Positions 10,477 through 20,743 are shown, counted from the stretch's first letter. The stretch is 64,000 nucleotides of DNA from Verrucomicrobiota bacterium (GCA_045046875.1 JASFYY010000037.1:96509-160508); one strand, 5' to 3'. Numbers and translations are program-made. The notes: a model not told the origin generated them from the letters alone.

Positions 10477-11838
10477 TTATTGTTTTTTCTTAGTTTTACC
10501 AATACGTGGTCGCTGAGCCGGGTTGGGCATCTTATCCAAAACCACTTTCAACCGCTGCCTTGCATTTTTGACATCCCCCGTCACATCCTCGGCGTTCACC
10601 CCCGCTTTTTCCAACTCATCCGCATTCACATCATAAAAACGCCCATCAGCGTAAAGTTTATACTGTTGATCCCGCGCAAACCTCGCTTTAACAAATTTTC
10701 CCCAACGCGGATCATAATGACAAAACACCCAATTCCGCGGATTTCCTTTTTCCCCCAGCACTTGTGGCAAAAAACTACGCCCATCCAATTCGGACTCCCC
10801 ACTGACGTCCACTCCGGCGATCTCTGCAAAAGTTTGATAAATATCCGTAAAATCCACCAAATCCTCACACATCACACCCGATGTCTTTCCTTTCCAATAC
10901 ACGATCAATGGAACATGAGTGCCCGCATTGGGTGTCGTGCCTTTCCCTCCCTGGTAATCCCTGCCATCTACCAACTTCGTGATTATGCTTGGATGGGTAC
11001 CATTGTCGCCGGTAAAAATCACCACCGTATTCTCAAGAACACCAACTTCATCCAATTTGTCCACCAACTGCCCGACGATTTTGTCGGCATACTCGACCAT
11101 TTCCTTAAAGTGACGTTTATTCCTTTTCATCCGATTCTCGGGATTTTTCCACTCAGGTGAATCCGGGGTCGGCACAAAAGGGTCATGGGTGAGCACCATG
11201 GGGTAATAGACCAAAAAAGGTTCATCCTTTTTCCTCTCAATAAAATCCAAAAGGTAGTCCCTAAAAATATCCGGCCCATATTGCCCATTCAGCTTTTGGG
11301 CAGGTTCACCATTGCGCTCGATCAACGGGTCAGCAAAACGCTCTCCTTCTTTTGTCCGCAGCTCAGTCAACTGCCACAGACACCATTCATCAAAACCGAA
11401 TGCCCGGGGTCGGCGATGATTCTTACGCAAGCTCGCCGGATACTGCTGAGGATAAGACAAGCCGTTCAACTGCCACTTGCCAGCAATCGCTGTTGCGTAT
11501 CCTGCCTGCTTCACAAGCTGTGCAAATGTTCGCTCACCGTTACGCAACAAGCCAAACTCTTCGTAATTGCGAAAATTATACTTGCCCGTCATGATCTGCA
11601 CCCTCGATGGCGTGCATAAAGGCGTTGAAAAACAATGCGTGAATCGCACCCCTTCCTTTGCCAAACGATCTAAATTCGGCGTTTGGTAATCCTTACTGCC
11701 ATTGCATCCCAAACATTCATAACCCATATCATCGGCCATGATCAGCACGATGTTCGGTTTGCCTCCGGCAAAAGTCACGCAACACCCTGCCAGCAGGATG
11801 AGGAAAACGATTCCAGTTTTATTCCAATCAATGCCCAT
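10477..11838 (-). CDS. Secreted arylsulfatase (formylglycine-dependent)
   Basis: KPNIVLIMADD, CTPSR, GKWQL, GDNG. Start reassigned to ATG 11838 (signal peptide; 11-bp overlap with upstream gene). Confidence 0.92.
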   Translation of the reverse strand: MGIDWNKTGIVFLILLAGCCVTFAGGKPNIVLIMADDMGYECLGCNGSKDYQTPNLDRLAKEGVRFTHCFSTPLCTPSRVQIMTGKYNFRNYEEFGLLRNGERTFAQLVKQAGYATAIAGKWQLNGLSYPQQYPASLRKNHRRPRAFGFDEWCLWQLTELRTKEGERFADPLIERNGEPAQKLNGQYGPDIFRDYLLDFIERKKDEPFLVYYPMVLTHDPFVPTPDSPEWKNPENRMKRNKRHFKEMVEYADKIVGQLVDKLDEVGVLENTVVIFTGDNGTHPSIITKLVDGRDYQGGKGTTPNAGTHVPLIVYWKGKTSGVMCEDLVDFTDIYQTFAEIAGVDVSGESELDGRSFLPQVLGEKGNPRNWVFCHYDPRWGKFVKARFARDQQYKLYADGRFYDVNADELEKAGVNAEDVTGDVKNARQRLKVVLDKMPNPAQRPRIGKTKKKQ

Positions 11839-12190
11839 TGTCCGACTCCTTGACATTGGGCCAAATGAACAAGCCCCCCCACCCGGCCAGAAACAATAAT
11901 CCCCCAAGTGGAGTGATCGCTCCCAACCACAGAATATTCGTCAGCGACAGAGCATACAAGCTGCCAGAAAAAACCAACACCCCCATCAAAAAACAAAATG
12001 CTACTTTCGACCGGGTCGGTGCCACATAAGCTAGGACCCAAATAGCCAGAGCATGGATCAAATGATAAAACACCGCCGTCTGCCAAGTCGACAACCTATC
12101 ATTCTCCGTCAGAATCCCCTCCAACCCGTGAGCGCCGAAAGCCCCCAGACCGATACCTAAAAGCATCAAAAGCGCTCCCGTTCGTTTCAT
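11828..12190 (-). CDS. DUF423/YgdD family small membrane protein
   Basis: GAFGAHGL, WQTAVFYHLIH, FSGSLY, GAITPLGG; start set at MKRTG. Confidence 0.88.
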   Translation of the reverse strand: MKRTGALLMLLGIGLGAFGAHGLEGILTENDRLSTWQTAVFYHLIHALAIWVLAYVAPTRSKVAFCFLMGVLVFSGSLYALSLTNILWLGAITPLGGLLFLAGWGGLFIWPNVKESDNGH

Positions 12191-12284
12191 GATTGTCCCC
12201 TCATTGTTTTTCATCTTCATCGCGATTTTAATGTTTTTTGAATCATTACGCAACTTTTGTGTGTTAATGTCGTTTCATCCACAG

Positions 12285-12734
12285 ATGAACACTCCTGAAG
12301 AACAAGATCCAAGCTGGCAATTGTTATTAAAATCCAAGCCCAAGCAAGCCAATCCGGCATTTGTTCGCGATGTCGTGCGGGAAGTGCGCAAGCTTGAAGC
12401 CGATGCTCCGAACAGCACATGGAGTCTATTTCTTTCCTGGCTCAAGCGCCCGGCCATTGCACTGCCTGTAGCCGTCGGAGCCACCGCGGCCATATTCGCG
12501 TCACTCACTCTGCTCCCAAGTTCCTCCTCTACCACAAACTCAACCGCCGCTATGATCGCGAGCGCCGACACCCTGCTCCCTGCCGATCAAATTCCAAGCA
12601 GTGCCCTCATCGAATCGAACATCACCGAAGATATCGAACAGATCGACTACATCGACGAACTCGTCACGACCGCCGACCCTGCCGACCTCGATGACGATGC
12701 CCTGGCCAGCCTTTTTGCCAGCACATCCTTCTGA
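12285..12734 (+). CDS. Hypothetical single-TM protein with acidic C-terminus
   Basis: C-rich third positions typical of + strand genes here; one hydrophobic segment; start chosen to avoid overlapping DUF423. Confidence 0.65.
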   Translation: MNTPEEQDPSWQLLLKSKPKQANPAFVRDVVREVRKLEADAPNSTWSLFLSWLKRPAIALPVAVGATAAIFASLTLLPSSSSTTNSTAAMIASADTLLPADQIPSSALIESNITEDIEQIDYIDELVTTADPADLDDDALASLFASTSF

Positions 12735-12766
12735 GCTGCTACAACCACCGGCTCTACGACACTGGC

Positions 12767-13369
12767 TTAAAACCGCACATCAAGCTGCAGCGCCGCTGCC
12801 AATTCTTCAGCGTATTGCTCCCGCGAAATCTCAATGCAGCCAAACTGCACCAGATGCGGATTGCTCCACTGGGTATCAAGCAGCACAAAACCCCGCTCCT
12901 TCAGGTGATTCACCAAATGCACCAAAGCCACTTTTGATGCATCTGTCCGCTGAGTGAACATCGATTCGCCAAAAAAAGCCCCGCCAATGGCCACCCCATA
13001 CAACCCTCCCACCAAGCTCCCTTGATACCAACTCTCTACGCTGTGAGCCCAGCCCGAATCGAACAAACGGCTGTAGCTCGCTCGAATACCGGCGCTGATC
13101 CAGGTTTCTTCCCGATCCGCACAGTTCTGAATAACCGCAGGGAATGCCGTGTCCATCCGGATCTCATATTCATTTTTTTTCAGCGCCCGTTTCAAGCCAC
13201 GAGGAACGTGGAAATCATCTAAGGGAATCACCCCACGGGGGTCGGGCGCATACCAATCAATCTGTTCCCGGCCCGATTCATCCACATCAGCCATAGGAAA
13301 CACACCCATCTGATACGCGCGCAGTAGCGTATCGGCATCAATTTCTCCGCTCATTTTATTAACCATCAC
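12767..13369 (-). CDS. aat: Leucyl/phenylalanyl-tRNA--protein transferase
   Basis: AYQMGVFPM, AHSVESW, GGLYGV, FFGESMF, DASKVAL, LLDTQ. Confidence 0.95.
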   Translation of the reverse strand: MMVNKMSGEIDADTLLRAYQMGVFPMADVDESGREQIDWYAPDPRGVIPLDDFHVPRGLKRALKKNEYEIRMDTAFPAVIQNCADREETWISAGIRASYSRLFDSGWAHSVESWYQGSLVGGLYGVAIGGAFFGESMFTQRTDASKVALVHLVNHLKERGFVLLDTQWSNPHLVQFGCIEISREQYAEELAAALQLDVRF

Positions 13370-13448
13370 CTGACTGCTAAGTCTTGAATTCTTATTGGCA
13401 AGCTCTTCATTCTAGGCCACAATAGGAACGCTTATCAAAGTAAATAAG

Positions 13449-13937
13449 ATGCAAAAAGCCATTTATCCAGGAAGTTTCGATCCCCTGCACAACGGACACC
13501 TCGACGTCATCGGTCGAGCCGCCCGCCTATGTGACTCGGTCGTCGTAGCCGTTGCCGCGAATGCCTCGAAAAACGCCCTGCTCTCCACCGCTGAACGCAT
13601 TGATATCATTAAAAACGCCACCGCCCACCTACCGGAAGTCTCAGTAACAGAGTTCGAAGGCCTGCTGGTTGATTTTGTCATCGAACAAAAAGCCGACTGC
13701 ATCATCCGCGGATTGCGTGCTATATCAGACTTTGAATATGAATTCCAAATGGCGCTGATGAACCGCCAACTGCGCTCCACGGTCGAAACCATCTTTTTGA
13801 TGCCCAGCCAGGAGCACATCTACCTCAGCTCGCGCATTATCAAAGAAATTGCAGCCACCGGCAACGATGTGCGCGATTTCATCTCCGAAAAAGCCGCCCT
13901 CGCGGTTGAAAAAAAACTGGCTCTCAAAAAAATATAA
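13449..13937 (+). CDS. coaD: Phosphopantetheine adenylyltransferase
   Basis: YPGSFDPLHNGH, IRGLRAISDFEYE, SSRIIKE. Confidence 0.97.
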   Translation: MQKAIYPGSFDPLHNGHLDVIGRAARLCDSVVVAVAANASKNALLSTAERIDIIKNATAHLPEVSVTEFEGLLVDFVIEQKADCIIRGLRAISDFEYEFQMALMNRQLRSTVETIFLMPSQEHIYLSSRIIKEIAATGNDVRDFISEKAALAVEKKLALKKI

Positions 13938-13941
13938 CACG

Positions 13942-14433
13942 ATGATTATTCGATTGGGTGACCTCAAAAGCGATCAAGCGACCTTGGAAGGTGTGCTGGA
14001 CTCCGATATTTTCCAGATAGATACGGATGGCGACGTTCGCTCCATCGGACCGATCAGCTGCGAACTTCACACCGCGATCAGCGGTGATCACCTCATCGTT
14101 GATGGAAAACTCACCGTCCCCACCCAACTTCGCTGCGTCAACTGCCTCGAAGATTTCTCCTACCAACACGATTTTAACGACTACCACGCAGAAATTAAAA
14201 TAGAAGACAACAACATGCTCGACCTGACAGAGCACATCCGCGACGATATTTTATTAGAAATCCCCCAATACCCTCATTGCACCACCGGCAGTATTCCTGA
14301 TCGAGTTTGCCCCATGACCGGCCCCTTTTCCTTTGAAAAACAAGGTACGCAGCCTCCCTCAGAGGGCACTGAAGAAAAATCTCCTGCTGATATTTGGGCT
14401 GCTTTGGAAGATTTAGACACCAAAGACTCTTAA
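13942..14433 (+). CDS. yceD: YceD/DUF177 family protein
   Basis: CVNCL, LDLTEHIRDDILL, C-terminal WAALEDL; canonical position before rpmF. Confidence 0.85.
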   Translation: MIIRLGDLKSDQATLEGVLDSDIFQIDTDGDVRSIGPISCELHTAISGDHLIVDGKLTVPTQLRCVNCLEDFSYQHDFNDYHAEIKIEDNNMLDLTEHIRDDILLEIPQYPHCTTGSIPDRVCPMTGPFSFEKQGTQPPSEGTEEKSPADIWAALEDLDTKDS

Positions 14434-14449
14434 GAACGCTTAAGTCCCC

Positions 14450-14477
14450 TTGACAAAGTTATTTTTTGACCGTTAAT
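14450..14477 (+). promoter_or_regulatory. Putative sigma70 promoter for rpmF
   Basis: Perfect TTGACA at 14450; weak -10 GTTAAT at 14472; AAGGA RBS before ATG 14500. Confidence 0.4.
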
Positions 14478-14499
14478 CCCACACCAACCAAGGATAGAT

Positions 14500-14682
14500 A
14501 TGGCAGTCCCAAAACGTAGAACTTCGAAAATGAAAAAACGCCTTCGCCGCAGCGGTCAGCGCTGGCGTATGGCTAAACTGAAAACTTGTCCGGAATGCGA
14601 TAGTGCAGTCCGTTCACATACGGCTTGCCCTTCTTGCGGCTACTACCGTGACCGTCAGGTTTTGACAATCGACACTTTCTAG
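14500..14682 (+). CDS. rpmF: 50S ribosomal protein L32 (zinc-binding CxxC form)
   Basis: MAVPKRRTSK; CPEC…CPSCGYY. Confidence 0.97.
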   Translation: MAVPKRRTSKMKKRLRRSGQRWRMAKLKTCPECDSAVRSHTACPSCGYYRDRQVLTIDTF

Positions 14683-14725
14683 TTGCTCGCCAATCATGGG
14701 GCGGCTTCCCATCTGAACAATAATC

Positions 14726-14756
14726 AGGGGCCACCTATTGCGGGTGGCTCTTTTAT
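14726..14756 (+). terminator. Intrinsic terminator after rpmF
   Basis: GGGCCACCT-attgc-GGGTGGCTC stem (G-U pairs) followed by TTTT. Confidence 0.65.
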
Positions 14757-14838
14757 TTCAAATCCGAAGCCAACACCGCCTGTCGATTGGAACGCTACAA
14801 ATCCGCTATTTTCACCACCCACATCCTCCTGAACCAAC

Positions 14839-15846
14839 ATGAAAATTGCTGTTGATGCTATGGGAGGAGACAAAGCTCCTCAATCGGTGGTCGCCGGAGC
14901 CAGGGAAGCTCTATCAGAACTGCCCTTCATCGAGCGACTCTTCCTCGCCGGTGACGAAAACAGCATCAAAGCCGAAATGGATCGGCAGCAATTCAGCCAC
15001 CGCAAAATAGAAATCGTGCACGCACCCGAAACGGTCGGCATGGAGGAAGAAGCAGTGAAATCTGTTCGCCGCAAAAAAAAATCGTCGATCAGTATTGCCG
15101 TGGACCTGATAAAAAACGGTGACTGCGAAGCCGTCGTCAGTGCAGGAAATACCGGAGCCGCCGTGGCGGCCACCACCATCAAACTGCGCACCTTGCCAGG
15201 AGTCGAACGTGCCGGCATCGCCTCTGCCCTGCCCAATGAAAACGGCCCCTGCAACATCATCGACGCAGGTGCCAATGTCGATGCCAAACCCAGCCATTTG
15301 TTGCAATACGCCATCATGGGCAGTGTTTACGCAGAACATGTGCAAGGAAAAAAGAATCCTGTCGTCGGATTGATGTCAGTAGGAGAAGAAGACAGTAAAG
15401 GAAACAGTTTCACCAAAGAAGTATTCACCCTTTTGAAAGACTCCCCGCTTAATTTCAAAGGCAATATCGAAGGCCACGACCTGTTCGAGTCCGCCATCGA
15501 TGTGGTGGTTTGCGACGGATTCATCGGCAACGTCGTGCTCAAAAGCTGCGAAGCCACTGCCAAGGTGATGTTCAAATGGCTCAAGACCGAGCTCAACATG
15601 TCCCCTTTTAGGCAAATGGGGGCACTGATGGCCAAAGGCGCGTTCATCGCTACCTTGGAGCGAGGAAATTACGAAAATTATGGTGGCAGCCCACTTCTCG
15701 GAGTAAATGGCACCTGCATCATTGCTCATGGCTCCAGTTCTCCTCTGGCGATCAAAAATGCCATTCGGGTCGCAGCGGAATCCGTAAGGCATGAAGTGAA
15801 CCCTCATATCGAAGAAAAAATTAATAAATACGGACTGATCGGATGA
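14839..15846 (+). CDS. plsX: Phosphate acyltransferase PlsX
   Basis: IAVDAMGGD, VSAGNTGA, VCDGFIGNVVLK, HGSS. Confidence 0.97.
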   Translation: MKIAVDAMGGDKAPQSVVAGAREALSELPFIERLFLAGDENSIKAEMDRQQFSHRKIEIVHAPETVGMEEEAVKSVRRKKKSSISIAVDLIKNGDCEAVVSAGNTGAAVAATTIKLRTLPGVERAGIASALPNENGPCNIIDAGANVDAKPSHLLQYAIMGSVYAEHVQGKKNPVVGLMSVGEEDSKGNSFTKEVFTLLKDSPLNFKGNIEGHDLFESAIDVVVCDGFIGNVVLKSCEATAKVMFKWLKTELNMSPFRQMGALMAKGAFIATLERGNYENYGGSPLLGVNGTCIIAHGSSSPLAIKNAIRVAAESVRHEVNPHIEEKINKYGLIG

Positions 15847-16862
15847 CAAACAAGGAAGCCTCAAACGAAAGTTTACGTGCCGTTCGGATCGCGGGCACCG
15901 GTAGTTATGTGCCGGAAAAAATCCTCAGCAATCAGGACTTGGAGAAAATAGTCGACACCTCGGATGAATGGATCACTTCCCGCACTGGCATCAAAGCGCG
16001 CCGCATTGCCGCCGAAGGTGAATTCACCAGCCATCTGGCCACTCATGCTGCCCGGCGGGCCATGCAGCAAGCCGACCTGCAAAGTGAAGACATTGACCTG
16101 ATCATTGTTGCCACCATCACCCCGGATACCCTGACCCCGGCCACCGCCTGTTACGTTCAGCAAGCACTCGGCGCTCATCGTGCTGTCGCTTTTGACATTT
16201 CCGCTGCCTGTTCAGGTTTCCTTTACGCCCTTGAGTTTGCCCGCGTTGCGATTGCCGGCGGCACTTTTAACAACGCCCTCATCATTGGCGCGGAGAAACT
16301 CAGTGCCTTTGTCAACTGGACTGACCGCAATACCTGCGTACTCTTCGGGGACGGCGCCGGAGCAGCCGTGCTCACTCCCTGCAACGATGAGGAAAAAACT
16401 GGCCGCATCCTCTCTACCCATCTGGGCACGGACGGCAAACAAACCGAAATCCTCAATATTCCCGGAGGCGGATCCGCCTGCCCCATCACTCTGGAAAATG
16501 CCGAACAGCATCTGGCTGCACTGTCGATGCAGGGTCGCGAAGTTTTTAAAGCTGCGGTCAACGCTATGCGTCGAGCATCAGAAACAGCTATCGAAAAAGC
16601 CGGGCTGAGTACTGACGACATCAACCTCGTCATCCCCCACCAGGCCAATCTGCGCATCATCGACGCCATCACCGACCGTCTCAAAATTGGTAAAGAGCGA
16701 GTATTCATCAACCTCGATAAATATGGCAATACCTCCGCCGCCGCCGTTGCCATCGCCCTCGACGAAGCTACTCGCAATGGAGCAGTGCAACCCGGCGACC
16801 GTATTTTACTGGTTGCTTTTGGCGCAGGCCTCACTTGGGCCAGTGCTGTTATTGAGTGGTAA
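15843..16862 (+). CDS. fabH: 3-oxoacyl-ACP synthase III
   Basis: AACSGF, LFGDGAGA, PHQAN, YGNTSAA, FGAGLTW. Confidence 0.97.
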   Translation: MTNKEASNESLRAVRIAGTGSYVPEKILSNQDLEKIVDTSDEWITSRTGIKARRIAAEGEFTSHLATHAARRAMQQADLQSEDIDLIIVATITPDTLTPATACYVQQALGAHRAVAFDISAACSGFLYALEFARVAIAGGTFNNALIIGAEKLSAFVNWTDRNTCVLFGDGAGAAVLTPCNDEEKTGRILSTHLGTDGKQTEILNIPGGGSACPITLENAEQHLAALSMQGREVFKAAVNAMRRASETAIEKAGLSTDDINLVIPHQANLRIIDAITDRLKIGKERVFINLDKYGNTSAAAVAIALDEATRNGAVQPGDRILLVAFGAGLTWASAVIEW

Positions 16863-16867
16863 CTGAC

Positions 16868-17680
16868 ATGTTAATCGATACCCACGCCCATCTGGCCAGC
16901 CAACAATTGTGCGACGATCTTCCCGCAGTGATCAAGCGGGCAAATGCAGCAGGGGTCACCCGCATCATCAGCATCGGCACCGATCTGGAGGATAGTCAGC
17001 AAAACATCAAAATTGCCGAACAATTTGACCAGGTTTACGCCACTGTCGGCATCCACCCGACATCGGTTCACGAAATCACGCAGGACGACTGGCTGCAGCA
17101 AATCCGAACCTGGCTCGAACATCCAAAAGTTCTCGCCATCGGAGAAATCGGACTCGACTATTTTCACCCTCCGCGGGACGGCTCGTCACCGGCCACCTGG
17201 CGGGAACTGCAAAAAAAGTTTTTTATCGCCCAACTAGATTTGGCAGCCGAGTTACAGCTCCCGGTCGTGATCCACCAACGTGATAAAAACGGTGAAAGTG
17301 AATGCCGCGACGACCTGCTCAAAATCATCAGTGATTATCAAGGCCGGGTCCAAGCTGTCTTTCATTGTTTCATCGGCTCCTTGCAACAAGCACAGCCGTT
17401 TCTAGACCAAGGGCACCTGGTCTCATTCACCGGCATCGCCACCTTTTCCAGCGCCAAAGAATTGCAAAGCTGCACCGCCCAAATTCCACAGGGACAATTC
17501 ATGGTCGAAACCGATGCCCCTTATCTGTCCCCCAATCCTTTCCGAGGCAAACGCTGCGAACCCGCTTATACCCGCCACACAGCAGAACACATCGCTACAG
17601 CAAGAGGGATTTCCCTGGAGCAACTAGCCTCTTTTACCAGCCAAACCGCAGAAAAATTCTTTGCTCTATCGGAAATATAA
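16868..17680 (+). CDS. tatD: TatD family hydrolase/DNase
   Basis: IDTHAH, GIHP, IGEIGLDY, FHCF, ETDAPYL. Confidence 0.93.
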   Translation: MLIDTHAHLASQQLCDDLPAVIKRANAAGVTRIISIGTDLEDSQQNIKIAEQFDQVYATVGIHPTSVHEITQDDWLQQIRTWLEHPKVLAIGEIGLDYFHPPRDGSSPATWRELQKKFFIAQLDLAAELQLPVVIHQRDKNGESECRDDLLKIISDYQGRVQAVFHCFIGSLQQAQPFLDQGHLVSFTGIATFSSAKELQSCTAQIPQGQFMVETDAPYLSPNPFRGKRCEPAYTRHTAEHIATARGISLEQLASFTSQTAEKFFALSEI

Positions 17681-17753
17681 AATATTGTTTGATAAATAGC
17701 TGGGCGCCACTACATTCTCCCCCCGCTCCCTTCAGTCTTCCCCCCATTTCATC

Positions 17754-17939
17754 ATGTTTTCCGTCCGCAACAGCTTTTTTCGTGAGAAAAAATTCTCATC
17801 CTCCGTGTTTGGTAATACTCTCCGGCGCAGAGAGGGAGATACGCTGACAGACAACAACGCCCTGTTCATTGCCCACCAAATGCGCAAGCAGGAGGAGCAG
17901 CGCAAAAAACGTAAATCCGGTCACCACACCGAGCGTTAA
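17754..17939 (+). CDS. Possible small basic protein (61 aa)
   Basis: Fills the gap between tatD and the convergent FecR gene; no recognisable family. Confidence 0.3.
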   Translation: MFSVRNSFFREKKFSSSVFGNTLRRREGDTLTDNNALFIAHQMRKQEEQRKKRKSGHHTER

Positions 17940-18006
17940 GATCCAGGCGCTACCAAGCGAGGAGCAAATCTTCTTGGATCAAGCACTACGCACCATCTGG
18001 CTGCTC

Positions 18007-19542
18007 TCACTCCGCTAGTCGCAGTTTCAACGTCGGCGGCGCAGCACTGGGGTGACGTTTGCTGGCAAAAGCGTGTACCAGTCCACTGCCGCGACGAATC
18101 TCCCCCGTCCGGCGCACCACCAGAAAAGTTGCCAAGCCATCATTATTGTTTTCTTGCCGTAAAAAATTCACCAAGGCATCCCCTTCCACTCCGACCTCTC
18201 CGCTATAAACCCCCTGGGGAATGAAAAAAGACCCCAATTCAATCGCCTCATCCAAATCAGCACTACCGCCGGTATGATTATTTGCCGGAGCATTCTGCCA
18301 GGTGATCTGATCACGTTGCCAAAGGTCATCGCGCACCCCATACACCACAAACTCTGCATCCGGCACAAAAGAAGCGTAACCAAAATTACTGGGTTCAACT
18401 GCCAACTTCAATTGCGCCCGTAACAGATCCCCGGAAGATAACAGGGCATCAAGATCAAAGCGCAGATAAACTTTTCTGGTATAACCAATGCCCGCATCAA
18501 ACACCTCGGAATTTTTCACCAACAACAACTGCTCCGATGTGTGTATATCAGAATCCGTAGCCTGGACATAAACATCTTCTCCCCGTCCATCAGCAGTGGT
18601 GATCACCACTTGCTTGCCCACCGCCGATGTATCCTCCACCAAAATCCTGCCATCCCCCCCCACTAATTCGAGTGGAGCTCTCTCCATGGTTTCAAACATT
18701 TCACCACTCACCCGTGACCCGTTCCCCGTAATCAAGCGCTGCACCTTGCCGCTATTTTTCTGCTCGACGTCCACAATCCCATCAAATACCACGACATTGG
18801 TTTGCCCGCCCTGCTCCCCCACATGCACCCCGAACTCAGTGCCGTGATCCACCAGTTTGGCGTTGTCCGTTTCAACCGTAAAACCCTGCGCGGGTTCAGG
18901 CACCTTTGCCACCACCGTGCCTCGATACAATCGACACAGCATCGGAGAAATCAGTTCAATATCGACCGGCGCCTCCAAAGTAAGCTCCACCCCGGAAGCA
19001 AACTTCAATCGAGCCAAACCCTGCTGCAAACGCAAACGCCCAGCCTGCAGTTGCGCCCCTTCCTCTGTAGGCAAAACCCCACCTTGCCAGGCGCAATTAG
19101 CAGATTTCACTAAGGTAGCCACAATCGGCTGCGAAGATTTTTTCTCGGCAAAGCCCCAGCCCAGCAACACCCCTCCGACCAACACCGCTGCTGCCGCCGC
19201 CATTTTACGCCAAGCCCATGGCCCTATCACCAGCTTCCCTTTTGCCCGTTCTATGTCCGCATCATCGCCAAGCCTTCCTTGCAAATGCCCTCCCCCATTC
19301 TCCTCCTCCAAGCCGGCGATCAAAGAATTAAGCGCAAGAGCCTCACTTTCCCCTGCATGCTGCCAGTACAAACCCGCGTGCTGATGCATGTATTCCACGT
19401 AGAGCTTGCGCATCCGCCCATCAGTCACCACCAGCTCCTCCAGCCGTTTCAGTTGTTCGCCATTCAGTTCCTCGCTGAGCATTTTTTCGCACAGTTCAAA
19501 AAGCTCCTCCTTCACCGCTACCTTTTGCTCATCACTCATCAT
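18007..19542 (-). CDS. FecR-domain anti-sigma factor with C-terminal DNRLRE/CBM96-like domain
   Basis: N-terminal helical anti-sigma, TM, FecR core (GFTVET…VDHGTEFGV…VFDGIV); C-terminal RKVYLRFDL, ITWQNAP, FASK…PTL. Confidence 0.85.
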   Translation of the reverse strand: MMSDEQKVAVKEELFELCEKMLSEELNGEQLKRLEELVVTDGRMRKLYVEYMHQHAGLYWQHAGESEALALNSLIAGLEEENGGGHLQGRLGDDADIERAKGKLVIGPWAWRKMAAAAAVLVGGVLLGWGFAEKKSSQPIVATLVKSANCAWQGGVLPTEEGAQLQAGRLRLQQGLARLKFASGVELTLEAPVDIELISPMLCRLYRGTVVAKVPEPAQGFTVETDNAKLVDHGTEFGVHVGEQGGQTNVVVFDGIVDVEQKNSGKVQRLITGNGSRVSGEMFETMERAPLELVGGDGRILVEDTSAVGKQVVITTADGRGEDVYVQATDSDIHTSEQLLLVKNSEVFDAGIGYTRKVYLRFDLDALLSSGDLLRAQLKLAVEPSNFGYASFVPDAEFVVYGVRDDLWQRDQITWQNAPANNHTGGSADLDEAIELGSFFIPQGVYSGEVGVEGDALVNFLRQENNNDGLATFLVVRRTGEIRRGSGLVHAFASKRHPSAAPPTLKLRLAE

Positions 19543-20078
19543 GCCATTTCCCCATCCTCTAAATTTTTATCCAGCTGCAAACTCACACAAGCATGCAACG
19601 ACTTCCGAATCCGGCTCAGCACCCGATACACCGCCCCACTCGTTCTACCCACCGCTTCCGCAATCGCTTCGATCGATTCCCCCCCTTCGTAACGCAAGTT
19701 GACAATGCGCTGATGCTCAGGATCCAACTTGGCCACACAAGATGCCAGACTTTGATAACGAGCCTCCAAATGGCTTTCATCATCTTTCAATTCTTCAGCC
19801 ACCAGTTCAACAAAACGGTCACTGAAACAAAGTCGATCCCTTTGTTTGCGCTTGCGATAAGCCAACACTTGATAAAAAGCTACCTTCCTCGCCCACGCAC
19901 CAAAATTAGTGCCCAGTTTAAAATCCCCGAAATGCCGCCACATCACCACTTTGGCCTCTTGCAGAATATCATCCGCATCCGACGCCTGGGGAGCCATGGA
20001 CATCACATACAAATACAATCCGCGCTCATGCTCGGACAACAAACGGATAAAAGCTTCAGTATCTGGGGAATCAGGCAT
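19539..20078 (-). CDS. ECF sigma-70 factor
   Basis: DADDILQE, FGAWARKVA, region-4 HTH; 4-bp overlap with the FecR gene. Confidence 0.92.
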   Translation of the reverse strand: MPDSPDTEAFIRLLSEHERGLYLYVMSMAPQASDADDILQEAKVVMWRHFGDFKLGTNFGAWARKVAFYQVLAYRKRKQRDRLCFSDRFVELVAEELKDDESHLEARYQSLASCVAKLDPEHQRIVNLRYEGGESIEAIAEAVGRTSGAVYRVLSRIRKSLHACVSLQLDKNLEDGEMA

Positions 20079-20214
20079 TACAACAATGGGGCTACTCAAC
20101 ACTCTCTCCAACTATAAAGCCGGTATCGCCTTTCTTGGACAGTAAAAATACAACTTCTCCCAATTTTGTTTCCCACAAGCCCATCTTTCCTGTAAGTTGC
20201 CACTATAAAACCAC

Positions 20215-20697
20215 ATGAAGCACTTATCCTTACTTTTCCCCATTCCTTCCCAACTAGCCTGGATTGCGATCATTTCAATGCTCGCACTATCCTCTTGCAA
20301 AACCACCATCACCTCCAGCCCTAGTAATCTGGCTTCAACTTCAACTGAAAAAAAACGACCGATTAAAAAAAGGGCTAAAAAACTCTTTCAAAAAAAACCC
20401 GGGGATGCCAGAGCGGACTTTCAAAGAGACCAGAAAGCCGGGCGTTTAAAACTCAAGCAATATGGTGCCCCCTCCGAAGTCACCCCCTATTATAATCAAA
20501 TCCTTAAAGATGACCTTGGCATCAAAACCGAAGTGATCGCTGACGGAGTCATCGACACCGCCCTGCTACGCTACGCCAAAGAATACAACGCCTTGATGAC
20601 GATGGAAATCGAGCGCAAATACGGCCCTGGCATTCTCCAAAAAGCCTATTACCGCGCCCGGGTCATGGAGCAACAAGTTCGGCAAAGCAATAGGTAA
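20215..20697 (+). CDS. Hypothetical lipoprotein
   Basis: Hydrophobic leader with lipobox LSSC. Confidence 0.65.
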   Translation: MKHLSLLFPIPSQLAWIAIISMLALSSCKTTITSSPSNLASTSTEKKRPIKKRAKKLFQKKPGDARADFQRDQKAGRLKLKQYGAPSEVTPYYNQILKDDLGIKTEVIADGVIDTALLRYAKEYNALMTMEIERKYGPGILQKAYYRARVMEQQVRQSNR

Positions 20698-20743
20698 ACG
20701 CAAACCCTCACCCTTACTTACTAAGTAAAAACTCCTCAGCTCG

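Noticed and set aside
13849..13941. Longer yceD start overlapping coaD
   Set aside because: ATG at 13942, just after the coaD stop, is more parsimonious
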